A DNA stretch of 64,000 bases from Candidatus Enterousia sp. GTDB lineage: Bacteria; Pseudomonadota; Alphaproteobacteria; Rs-D84. Location of the stretch: contig JAZTWA010000005.1 of NCBI GenBank assembly GCA_045635585.1, positions 13,101 to 77,100 on the forward strand. Reading direction: 5' to 3'. A program made the translations under genes and the position numbers. Positions 10,701-19,045 of the stretch are shown piece by piece (the stretch's first letter is position 1; every line of letters starts with the position of its first letter). The notes beneath the pieces were generated by a model, which worked only from the letters and a program-made list of their open reading frames with translations, was not told the DNA's origin and ran no database searches.

Positions 10701-10981
10701 ATGTCCGCACCCTTGATACATTCGGAATATGCATCAATACAGTCAGTATTATTCAACAAAGACGATGTAGATGTCGTTGCCGCCGCAGCCACAGATGCAG
10801 TTGCAGTTCCGCCCTTGGCCCCAGTGACGTATGACGTCATAGTTGGCATACGACGAACCGCACCATTTGCAGACATCGCGGTCGCAGTGTTCATAACACT
10901 GGGGCGCGCAGTAACCGCATAGGCCGCAGGTATCACACTGAACAAAGCAATAAAACTTACCGTATTTTTGAGAAAAGACAT
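7796..10981 (-). CDS. Large exported cysteine-repeat protein (1061 aa), function unknown
   Basis: Signal peptide (...IPAAYA), 38 Cys by my count including five 6-Cys modules, and two Gly-rich hydrophobic segments near the C-terminus. SD GGAG upstream. Confidence 0.85.
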   Translation of the reverse strand: MSFLKNTVSFIALFSVIPAAYAVTARPSVMNTATAMSANGAVRRMPTMTSYVTGAKGGTATASVAAAATTSTSSLLNNTDCIDAYSECIKGADICGPNFEECTTGILFHAKMPQCLSTLAQCSSDGIKSLFGTSNVAALSDVATTNSYGEVASYKYPATGSVLEQLITAAAISNKYDTSTCVKRYTSCLKKDSVCGSEFELCTTNAEFKKQRVYCDSTLARCQGEGVTELLGSSSLTANPTASSRVGELIAEGGALAAVNAVSTCYKVVDQCFLGACTANPYKCYENATAGTISLVDAINNGTSVTELAETMTTVDKSNISAYIKNSCLDTIGSNKYCYATFLGDGMMPTASQLRDEDNQEEIFDAAYSARYNSGMKARVTELVEKFDTRAKEKCAQTLSSCAMRVCGSGSGAACYSQVFGNGDKTINNEYTREEIRTGCASIVNTDANCKYAAQNPNATGTYTYSFNMGDAFDTLFPEYDSGAEADPIGVIASLNASLATNYSDAAIAQMKKQCQSVATSCVKSLCGTDYVNCYRNRTDMYSTLTNSGDASFDKSMNKVGGVLDYTIVLGLCVDTVKNASVCEEHLAIETNKMKIQDKSVGASSWGNSTTVRGGWIDAGGASKMTATTEEVQATDEYGNQLCSNASGDQGVCFNVDANGAVYDKPVMISYTTYAETQAASTLFRDLIYDLEIEAQAKYNAKLTQEQNRCFAMNNGGIMGAKDNGSTYMWVKLKSNKVPNGYTGNGLKANQMVASNDLYGSFCRARVTLHSDDKYIQDAINAGADWATTYFAVGDAFVCGSWIPSDKLKELSEKAGQDARDTKEASQPKIAGWMAAVGALGLGTGGVFLGDYIQNGSKNKGDGVLGGLNQKKNTAVMSNTELKAQKNQCNKMVDAFANLFKSSATPKEAGYQKYENRVLKIFEKFDVVTTSAYDSARANYNTNTNTNTASAFFEQIEDMKTQCDDLTTEMYENAQSIEKEKSQAGEWWDKNGGKLLGGVISAGAGAGLGYGITKAVQDAELDKAEQEAIQEFMDNVGSKIECYVGGEPVGTYGGVFTITLD
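8139..8162. repeat. In-frame hexanucleotide tandem repeat (GTATTA)x4 encoding (NT)n
   Basis: Seen directly; translates as ...YNTNTNTNTAS... Confidence 0.9.
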
Positions 10982-11068
10982 CCCCTGACTCCATTTTTTA
11001 TTACTTTATTCTATCATATTTTCAGGGGATTGAAAAGTGAAAAAATATACTTTTCGCAGTTTTATACG

Positions 11069-12028
11069 TTATACATATTCCAAAATTTCTTTCAGTTCCA
11101 TCATGTCATCTGGCAAACGTGATTTAAAGTGCATCTTTTGCCCAGTTACAGGATGAACAAAGTCCAAAACCGCCGCGTGTAACATCTGGCCATCATGGGC
11201 GCGCAAAAATTCCAATAATTCCGGATCACGCACACTGCCCAAACGGGTGGTACCACGACCATACAAAGGATCACACAGAACCGGAAAACCATGCGCCGAT
11301 AAATGCACACGTATCTGGTGCGTACGACCAGTAAACAATGTACAACGCATTTGAGATACACCCGCACGCGACCAGGCGTTCATAACCGCCACTTCGGTAT
11401 GCGATGGTTTACCACCGGTTTTTACCATTGTCATTTTCTGGCGATTACGCGATGAACGCGCAATATTACCGGTGATATCTGCAACTTCCCAATTTGGAAC
11501 ACCCCAAACAAACGCAATATATTGACGGGTCAAATCATGTTCCGAAAAGATTTTCACCAACCCACGAAATGCCGCATCAGATTTTGCAAATACCATTACA
11601 CCACTGGTATCCTTGTCCAGACGATGAACAACCCCAGGACGCGTATCACCACCCAATGCAGACAAATGTGTATGCGCCAAAATATTCTGGACCAATGTGC
11701 CAGTCTTGTTACCCGCAGATGGATACATCACGACACCACGTGGTTTATTTACAACGATTATATCGTCATCTTCGAACAAAATTTCCAAATCAAAATCAGA
11801 TGATATATTTTCGGTCGCAACATCTGTTTGAGGCACAGGAACAATAACACGAAAGACATCACCAGAACGTATCTTTTCCGAAAACTTTACCGATGAACCA
11901 TCAGCACGCGTTACGTCAAAACGTTGAATCTCGCTGCGTGAAAATTCAGGCATCTGGGCCGACAAATACTTATCAATACGAACAACTTCGTCTGTATCAT
12001 TAACAATAAATTCACGAATATCTTGCAT
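11069..12028 (-). CDS. rluD: RluA/RluD-family 23S rRNA pseudouridine synthase
   Basis: S4-like N-terminus (RIDKYLS), NKPRG, HRLDKDTSG and TGRTHQIRVH motifs. Start refined to MQDIREF (12028). Confidence 0.92.
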   Translation of the reverse strand: MQDIREFIVNDTDEVVRIDKYLSAQMPEFSRSEIQRFDVTRADGSSVKFSEKIRSGDVFRVIVPVPQTDVATENISSDFDLEILFEDDDIIVVNKPRGVVMYPSAGNKTGTLVQNILAHTHLSALGGDTRPGVVHRLDKDTSGVMVFAKSDAAFRGLVKIFSEHDLTRQYIAFVWGVPNWEVADITGNIARSSRNRQKMTMVKTGGKPSHTEVAVMNAWSRAGVSQMRCTLFTGRTHQIRVHLSAHGFPVLCDPLYGRGTTRLGSVRDPELLEFLRAHDGQMLHAAVLDFVHPVTGQKMHFKSRLPDDMMELKEILEYV

Positions 12029-12038
12029 AACAAAAAAC

Positions 12039-12500
12039 CTATTTATAATCTTGCCAATCTGGGCCAACAGTACAATCAGACAAATCAATCTTTAATTCGC
12101 GACCAGAATCAGATACCGGACATGTCAATAATCCCGTTGTTGTTGCCTGGTCTGCGTCACGCGTTGCATTACGATACGCAAAATGTATTTCACGCGGCGC
12201 CGCAACACACGCAATTCGCAAATGTTCATGATTTTGACCATTTGGACCAATCCAAACGCGAACACCATCACCCAAACCATAACATGGAAAGCCATCCAAA
12301 TAATACAAAACCAGACCACGACCAACCAAGCGCGCATCTGGGATAAACGTTCCGCGATATTCAGATAAATTTAATCCTGTTACAGCCTGCCAATCTGTGC
12401 TGGTGGAAAAAATACTAATCCTTGGGGCGGGCGCAGATGAATCTGCAGCATTCGCAACAGACGTTATCAAGAACAAAAACAATGCAATTATTTTTTTCAT
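12039..12500 (-). CDS. Exported hypothetical protein (153 aa, 4 Cys)
   Basis: Classic signal peptide MKKIIALFLFLITSVANA. Four-base overlap with the upstream gene. Confidence 0.75.
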   Translation of the reverse strand: MKKIIALFLFLITSVANAADSSAPAPRISIFSTSTDWQAVTGLNLSEYRGTFIPDARLVGRGLVLYYLDGFPCYGLGDGVRVWIGPNGQNHEHLRIACVAAPREIHFAYRNATRDADQATTTGLLTCPVSDSGRELKIDLSDCTVGPDWQDYK

Positions 12501-13021
12501 TTATCCCCCTGTGGCACATCTAAATCAGCCAACTTTGCAACAATCTTGGTTACACCTTTGGGCAACGGCGCCAAAACATGACTGAAATCCACACTAGCCC
12601 CAGCATCAAGTAGCGTCGCAGACGGCATAAACTTTTGACGCGCCAAAATGTTATTTCTATCGTCCAACGAAACAATTATTAAATCAGGAACGCCATATAT
12701 ATCCGATGAAATATTTGAAATCGTACCAGACACAATATAACGAACCGCCCCCGTATCATCAGTTGTCGTTTCAACCCCAGAAACAGACGCAACCAATGGT
12801 CCCACAGGGCGATGTGAAGCCTGATGATGCGTAATAACCGCAATCGCAAAAACAACCGCAGACAACAACGCACAAACAGACGCAAAAAACATCAACCATG
12901 TATTCTTGCGGGGACGTGCAGGAACACGCCATACATGACCACAAACCGCACACTTAACAGGACATGTTGGCATAGAAGACAAAGCATATTCTGTTTTACA
13001 AAAATCACATTTCGTTTTCAT
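12497..13021 (-). CDS. Zinc-ribbon / TM / DUF3426 protein (ZitP-like)
   Basis: CDFC...CAVCGHVW zinc ribbon, one TM helix, and a C-terminal Ig-like domain (VSGTISN...VPDLIIVSLD). Confidence 0.8.
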   Translation of the reverse strand: MKTKCDFCKTEYALSSMPTCPVKCAVCGHVWRVPARPRKNTWLMFFASVCALLSAVVFAIAVITHHQASHRPVGPLVASVSGVETTTDDTGAVRYIVSGTISNISSDIYGVPDLIIVSLDDRNNILARQKFMPSATLLDAGASVDFSHVLAPLPKGVTKIVAKLADLDVPQGDK

Positions 13022-13041
13022 ATTTTTATATATACCACAAA

Positions 13042-14358
13042 TTATTCTAAATTCAACTGGCGATATTTGGCACGAACACGTGTCTGAATTTCGGATATCG
13101 CATTCATATAATCTGCAACTGTCGCATTCTTGTTTGCAGAAACAGCCGCAAAAATACGACCAGATTCTGTCGCAGAATCACCATAATGATATGTCGCCAA
13201 TGACGCCATACGATTTAACTCAACAAAAGATGCGTCTGCAAAATTCGCCACCTTGTTTGACAAGTCCCAATAATAATCCGATTGCTGTGAATCCGCAATT
13301 TTCTTTGATACAGCCAGACGTGGCGTCATGGACCCCGTAAAACCAACGGTTACAAACATTGCACTGATACGACCCGCAGTCATGTCCAGCGACTGATTTA
13401 TCTTTAGAAAAGAAAAATTATCTTCGGTACTAATCGACAAACCGCCCAGAGTCAAATTTGATACCCACAAATTCTGTGCGGTTACCGATGAAAACTTGCC
13501 CAACTCGGACAATAATAAACCACGCGACACTTCCATGGACTTTGCATCCGACGACATCATACCAGAAACCGTTGCTGATGCAACTTTGAATGCATTATCA
13601 ATAGTTGTGCGATTTTGAAAAATCAAATCATTTGTCGCAATCTGTAATGCTTTTAGCCCTTCGGTAAATTCGGCAAATTCTGCATTCACAAATGCCGAAT
13701 TCACAATATCATGCCCACCAAGATTTAATGCAGACATCATTTTTGCATCATCTGCATTCCCAGAAGGCACACGCCATAAATACAGTGAACTATCGCGATT
13801 TACATTCGTCGTTTCAACAATTGCATTTTTTACATCAATCCCCAAATCAACACTGTCTGTATGCCAAACACCAAAGGTACCGTACGCATGTTTATCTTCG
13901 ACAAAGCCCATCGTACCACCAGACAAATTTACAATTTCACGTGTACGTAATGGCGATATATCATCAGATACGCGTATAACCACACCCTGTAATGTTGAAT
14001 GCCCTGCGGCATCACTGGACTTTAAAATACGCAACTGGTACAAATCTGCATCTGATTCCAATATCGCATCCGGAATTCCATATTCAACCAACTGAGCCAA
14101 CTTTACGCGGGTAATATTTTTACCAACCGTCTTTAATAAATCTTCACGATGCGCAACAATGTATCGTTCCAGCGCAGATTGAATAATAGACATTTGATTT
14201 GTTATGGCGATATTTTGTGCACGTGTAACCGACCCTTGTTGTAAACGAAATGCAAACGGTATAACAATCGCCGCCAATGCAACACACAACAGCAATTCAA
14301 CCAGCATGTTTCCACGCATTTCATTTTTTCGCCCAAATAGTTTTATATATTTTTTCAT
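13042..14358 (-). CDS. PilV/Shufflon_N-like type IVb minor pilin, paralogue 1
   Basis: Prepilin site RG|NMLVE followed by a hydrophobic helix; GGTMGFV...YGTFGVW; YLWR...MMSALNLGGHDIVN block. Confidence 0.7.
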   Translation of the reverse strand: MKKYIKLFGRKNEMRGNMLVELLLCVALAAIVIPFAFRLQQGSVTRAQNIAITNQMSIIQSALERYIVAHREDLLKTVGKNITRVKLAQLVEYGIPDAILESDADLYQLRILKSSDAAGHSTLQGVVIRVSDDISPLRTREIVNLSGGTMGFVEDKHAYGTFGVWHTDSVDLGIDVKNAIVETTNVNRDSSLYLWRVPSGNADDAKMMSALNLGGHDIVNSAFVNAEFAEFTEGLKALQIATNDLIFQNRTTIDNAFKVASATVSGMMSSDAKSMEVSRGLLLSELGKFSSVTAQNLWVSNLTLGGLSISTEDNFSFLKINQSLDMTAGRISAMFVTVGFTGSMTPRLAVSKKIADSQQSDYYWDLSNKVANFADASFVELNRMASLATYHYGDSATESGRIFAAVSANKNATVADYMNAISEIQTRVRAKYRQLNLE

Positions 14359-14359
14359 C

Positions 14360-15577
14360 TTAGTTTATCGTAAATATTTGTGGTTGTATTGATCCCTGCC
14401 ATCCGTCACGCATCAAAGAATCAAATTCTGATACGACTGGTGCATCCGGTAATTTAGCGCGCGACAAATTAAATTCCGAAAATGCAGGCGGTCGATTTGA
14501 TGGGAATGTCCATGCACCTAATTTTAACGGAGGTGTTGTTGACATCAATAATTCACCAGATACCGTCAGACCAAAATTATTATAAAACATCATTTCATCA
14601 GCAGAAACAAATGGCGTTACAACCGAACTGGCACTGATACCGGTAAAACCACTGATTGTACGAGTAGAATCTGATTTCAAAACGAATTTGTTACCGATAT
14701 TTATATCGCCCAATATCTTGATTCTGTCCGCAATTATATGTCCAGTTGTTGTAAAACCACGACCATTTATATTGTCTGCAAATACATTACGAAATCCCGA
14801 CACGTCACCAGATACACGAATATTACCAATCGACACATCTTGACCGTCCATATTCGCACCAGATTTAAAATAAACACTGCGCGCAGAAAGATTTGGCGCT
14901 TCGACAAAGGTTACATTTGCATTGCGGGCCCGCAAGGACTTTCCCGACAATGTCGCAACATTATACACATTATGATATGCCATATTCAAATCACGCTCCA
15001 TGACATTCAAATTATCTTCACCAGATGTGGCGCGATGCAAAAAACGCGATGTGTCTTGCCCAGAAAATTCACGCGATATGCGATATATCAAATCCCCCGT
15101 TACAAAATCAGGCGCCATAACCGCCCATGTTGAACCATACGCAACACCATCTGCACCAACAACCGCAGCATCACCACCAATATGTCGCGCAATTTTGTTT
15201 GTACGTAATTCATTGTCGTTCGACGAAAATGCCAAATATACATCTGTTACCATTGCGCCATTTATTGCATATTTATCAATAAAACCCGCCACCGCATCGG
15301 GTGATATAGACGACAATTCTTCGGGGGTTAATTGTATCTGAACAATATCAGGCCATTTATCTTGATTCATACGAACAAAATTCAACACACCATCACGCGA
15401 AGAAATTATCTTGCGCGAAACAGCAATATCATGAATTGTATGATTTGTTTGGGCAATTTGATTATAAACAAACGGCGTTGCCATACCAACAATCGCCAGT
15501 GCCAGTAACACTTCGACAACACTGGCACCCGACATAGAATTTGAAAAAAATTTGTTATTTAACACAGTCACTGCCAC
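14360..15577 (-). CDS. PilV/Shufflon_N-like type IVb minor pilin, paralogue 2
   Basis: SG|ASVVE prepilin site; GGDAAVV...AYGSTW; FLHR...LNVMERDLNMAYHNVYN block. Confidence 0.7.
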   Translation of the reverse strand: MAVTVLNNKFFSNSMSGASVVEVLLALAIVGMATPFVYNQIAQTNHTIHDIAVSRKIISSRDGVLNFVRMNQDKWPDIVQIQLTPEELSSISPDAVAGFIDKYAINGAMVTDVYLAFSSNDNELRTNKIARHIGGDAAVVGADGVAYGSTWAVMAPDFVTGDLIYRISREFSGQDTSRFLHRATSGEDNLNVMERDLNMAYHNVYNVATLSGKSLRARNANVTFVEAPNLSARSVYFKSGANMDGQDVSIGNIRVSGDVSGFRNVFADNINGRGFTTTGHIIADRIKILGDINIGNKFVLKSDSTRTISGFTGISASSVVTPFVSADEMMFYNNFGLTVSGELLMSTTPPLKLGAWTFPSNRPPAFSEFNLSRAKLPDAPVVSEFDSLMRDGWQGSIQPQIFTIN

Positions 15578-16913
15578 CCGCCATTAAACATTTTTTTATA
15601 TCGATTCTTTTTTCTAGATTTTGCCAAAACAAATACTGACAAATCAAATATTGGGACAAAGATTGTTTGTTATAAACACCTTCGAATTCTTCAATTATTT
15701 TTTTACATGCAATTGTTTTTTTATCATCAGACTTTGCATCTTCAATAATACTAAAAACATCATTATTAATTCCTGCAACTAGGGCATCTGGCAACATTGA
15801 TGTTCCCGCCGGACGAATATCCAAAATAACCGCACCAGACGCACCCTGATTTAATGCAATTGATGTCTGGTCACGAAGCGTTATATTTGACGTATAAATA
15901 ACACCCGTTTCAATCCCAGATTTAGTACTATAATCCAATGTCTCTTCATCAATATAAACATCTTGACCACGTGTCGCACTTAGATACGAAGATATATCCA
16001 AACGTTCAACACTGAATGATACATTGTCCGACATCAGATTACCATGAACCGTCCATGACGCCCCACCCGTAAATGACGTACGACCCGCAGTCATTGACAT
16101 ATCATAGATAGACACATCGTTTGCTTCGATATTACCTGTATCACCAAACATAGACACCGTTCGAAAATTTGCGCTATCCACAAACAACGTTCCGCGATTT
16201 AACGACAAGGCCGCTTCACCAGTCGCACTTTGAAACACCGCCTTTTCCGCAGAAATATCTTCGATTTTATTTCTGACCTTGCGCCCAGATTCAAGCCCTG
16301 TTATAGACAAGGTTGTAAACTGGGCCGTATCAAATTCGCCACGAACACCAAATAAATTCCCAACATTATTCAAGACAAACCTTCCCATATCCAAGTCTGT
16401 CAAAAAGCCACTATTATCAATATCAGGCTCATCACGTCGAACAATATCCGAATACACATCTTGTAATTCAATACCAATATTTACCCCAACATCAGTATAC
16501 GTTGCATAAAAACCAATTCGACGTGCCAATTCAGCACGTTCAACTTCACTTAAATCGCCACCCAACAATTCCAAATACGCAGACACAGCCATGGGCGTTT
16601 TATGTATAACTAATGATATATTTTGCCCCAATGCCGTTCGCGGCACATACCCCAACGGCAAACCATATGGTTCCAACAAGTCAACAAAATCATCCCCAGA
16701 AACAACGGTTGTGTTATACATTAAATTTTTTGCGTTTTCGCGTATAAAAATTCGCGCGGCCGTTTGGGCTGTTTCAACCTGATGAGTGGTCGCATACATC
16801 CTAGAATCTGTATTACGGCGCGCCATTTGACGCGACAGAAACGGGATAAAAGCAAACATCAATCCCATTGCCAACAATGCTTGTAATAAAAAACTGCCAC
16901 GTTGCTGATGCAA
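15555..16913 (-). CDS. PilV-like type IVb minor pilin, paralogue 3 (E5 replaced by Q)
   Basis: RG|SFLLQ prepilin site and IVRR...FLTDLDMGRFVLNN block. Start refined to TTG 16913 (SD AGGGGG upstream), giving leader MHQQRG. Confidence 0.65.
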   Translation of the reverse strand: MHQQRGSFLLQALLAMGLMFAFIPFLSRQMARRNTDSRMYATTHQVETAQTAARIFIRENAKNLMYNTTVVSGDDFVDLLEPYGLPLGYVPRTALGQNISLVIHKTPMAVSAYLELLGGDLSEVERAELARRIGFYATYTDVGVNIGIELQDVYSDIVRRDEPDIDNSGFLTDLDMGRFVLNNVGNLFGVRGEFDTAQFTTLSITGLESGRKVRNKIEDISAEKAVFQSATGEAALSLNRGTLFVDSANFRTVSMFGDTGNIEANDVSIYDMSMTAGRTSFTGGASWTVHGNLMSDNVSFSVERLDISSYLSATRGQDVYIDEETLDYSTKSGIETGVIYTSNITLRDQTSIALNQGASGAVILDIRPAGTSMLPDALVAGINNDVFSIIEDAKSDDKKTIACKKIIEEFEGVYNKQSLSQYLICQYLFWQNLEKRIDIKKCLMAGGSDCVK

Positions 16914-16938
16914 AAAAATCCCCCTACTTGACATCATC

Positions 16939-16967
16939 AGCATAGCAATACAAAAAAAATATTGCAA
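16939..16967 (-). promoter_or_regulatory. Putative sigma70 promoter of the pilV-like operon
   Basis: TTGCAA-17-TATGCT, with a T8 run inside the spacer. Confidence 0.55.
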
Positions 16968-17070
16968 TTGCTTTTAAGATGTTTTAGTATCCTTTTTGTT
17001 AAACATAGACAACAATGTTTTGTTGCATGGGATAAATTCCTGATATACATATTTAAAAAAAGAAATAATT

Positions 17071-17397
17071 ATGCAAAATAAAAAAAATCAATCAAACGTA
17101 ACTCAGATGATTCAACGTTGCCATAAATGGCGCCAAAAAAGAAAACAACTGATTGACCAGGCACGACAAATATCAGACGAAATTGAACGCGAACGTGTCT
17201 TGCAAACCGCAGAACACTATGGTCGAATTGTTAATAGCGAACAAATCAAAATCGATTCTATGCGCGACCCAAAAGATAAAAACACAACACCAGAAGTCGT
17301 GGCGGATACAAACGAAACAAACGACACATCTGAAACATCAGAAACAACCGATGATGACGAAGTAAGTTTTCCTGACTTTATTACGAATTTAAATTAA
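17071..17397 (+). CDS. DUF4167-like protein
   Basis: ...ERERVLQTAEHYGRIV resembles the alphaproteobacterial DUF4167 core; acidic disordered tail. Confidence 0.7.
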   Translation: MQNKKNQSNVTQMIQRCHKWRQKRKQLIDQARQISDEIERERVLQTAEHYGRIVNSEQIKIDSMRDPKDKNTTPEVVADTNETNDTSETSETTDDDEVSFPDFITNLN

Positions 17398-17398
17398 T

Positions 17399-17428
17399 AA
17401 AAACGCGCCAAACTGGCGCGTTTTATTT
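17399..17428 (+). terminator. Intrinsic terminator
   Basis: aaaacgcgcca-aac-tggcgcgtttt. Confidence 0.8.
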
Positions 17429-17429
17429 G

Positions 17430-17457
17430 TTGAAATTTCACACTGTTTTGCTATGCT
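17430..17457 (+). promoter_or_regulatory. Putative sigma70 promoter of the dnaX operon
   Basis: TTGAAA-16-TATGCT, followed by SD AAGGA and ATG 17480. Confidence 0.55.
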
Positions 17458-17479
17458 GGGGCAAAAGGAAGTTTACATT

Positions 17480-19045
17480 ATGAATAACAACTATACTGTT
17501 TTGGCACGCAAATATCGCAGTCAGGATTTCAAAACACTTATTGGCCAAGATGTTCTGGTAAAAACATTGACCACCGCAATTAATACATCACGTATTGCAC
17601 ATGCATATATTTTCACCGGTATTCGTGGAACAGGAAAAACCAGTACGGCACGTATATTGGCCAAGGCATTAAACTGTCAGTCATGTGAAAACGCAACACC
17701 AAATCCATGTGGGGTTTGCGAAAACTGTCGTGCAATTGCAGCCGGTCAACATATTGACGTTATGGAAATTGACGCGGCGTCACATACAGGCGTGGACAAC
17801 ATGCGTGATATTATGGATGCGGCACAATATCGCCCAACAAATGGTCGATACAAGGTTTATATAATTGACGAAGTTCATATGCTATCTACTTCGGCATTTA
17901 ATGCGTTGTTAAAAACACTGGAAGAACCGCCTGCACATGTTATATTTATTTTGGCAACAACAGAAATTCGCAAGGTTCCTGTTACTATTTTATCACGATG
18001 CCAAAGATTTGATTTGGTTCGTGTGCCGGTTGACACACTAAAAAAACATTTCGCATGGATTGCAGAACAGGAAAACATTCAATTATCCGATGAAGCAAAT
18101 GAATTATTGGCACGTGCGGCCGATGGTTCTGTGCGCGACGGACTATCATTACTAGACCAAGCCATCGCGCAAACCGGCGGAAACGTTACTGCGGATGCGG
18201 TTTTGGATATGTTAAAACGTGCGGACCGCGGCGTGGTTGTTGACTTTATGAAAACATTATTATCCGGCGATACCGCCGCAGCATTGGACAAAGTTGATAC
18301 AATTTATAACAACGGTGCCGATCTTGCGATGTTGTTGACCGATATGATGGAATGGACACACTGGGCCACCAGAATGCACCCTGCACTGCGTGCAGGCGAA
18401 ACACAAAATTCACCATATACCGCCGACCAACGCGATCAAATACACGACATTAATTCGCGTATATCTGTAAACACTTTATCACGCATATGGCAGGTTATGG
18501 TTGCCGCTGTTCCTGAAATGCAGGCCGCAGGGAATCAAAAACAATGCTTTGATATGCTGGTCATTCGTATGATGCACATCGCAGATATGCCATCTGTTCC
18601 CGAAATATTAAAACAACAAGAATCCGAAAATCGGGTACGTGATGTAAAAAACATCTTGGCCGACAGAATGGCAAAGTCAACTGATGAAAAAACAGAATCA
18701 AAACCACAATTCAAAAATATCACAAGTGCATCAGAATTGGCAGAAACACTGCAAGAAACCAAAGAAATACTGTTGTATTCATATTATAGCAACAATATAG
18801 AAATCACAGAATTTTCGGACGGAAATATAAAATACTTTGACCGCAAAGGAGATGCCGATTTTGCACATAAATTATCGAAATGGTTAATGGACAAAACGGG
18901 TCATGCATGGACACTGGTACGCGAAACCCAATCAGCAAACACACAAACAATATCTGAACAAAAACAAGAAGAATTAGAGGCAGACCCATTGGTTGCCAGT
19001 GCAATGAGTTTATTTGAAAATGCAGAAATCGTAGGAGTAAAATAA
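17480..19045 (+). CDS. dnaX: DNA polymerase III subunit gamma/tau
   Basis: LARKYR, Walker A GIRGTGKT, C4 zinc motif, IIDEVHMLS, LKTLEEPP and SRCQRF. Confidence 0.97.
   Translation: MNNNYTVLARKYRSQDFKTLIGQDVLVKTLTTAINTSRIAHAYIFTGIRGTGKTSTARILAKALNCQSCENATPNPCGVCENCRAIAAGQHIDVMEIDAASHTGVDNMRDIMDAAQYRPTNGRYKVYIIDEVHMLSTSAFNALLKTLEEPPAHVIFILATTEIRKVPVTILSRCQRFDLVRVPVDTLKKHFAWIAEQENIQLSDEANELLARAADGSVRDGLSLLDQAIAQTGGNVTADAVLDMLKRADRGVVVDFMKTLLSGDTAAALDKVDTIYNNGADLAMLLTDMMEWTHWATRMHPALRAGETQNSPYTADQRDQIHDINSRISVNTLSRIWQVMVAAVPEMQAAGNQKQCFDMLVIRMMHIADMPSVPEILKQQESENRVRDVKNILADRMAKSTDEKTESKPQFKNITSASELAETLQETKEILLYSYYSNNIEITEFSDGNIKYFDRKGDADFAHKLSKWLMDKTGHAWTLVRETQSANTQTISEQKQEELEADPLVASAMSLFENAEIVGVK

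Noticed and set aside
13042-16913. Shufflon (invertible pilV 3' cassettes)
   Set aside because: All three genes are full-length and co-oriented. I see no Rci-type recombinase, no inverted partial cassettes and no repeated sfx-like sites.
18040-18046. Programmed frameshift or slippage in dnaX (A7 run)
   Set aside because: The run lies inside the AAA+ core, too early to yield a gamma subunit, and A7 runs are common here. No A-AAA-AAG site with a downstream hairpin was recognised.
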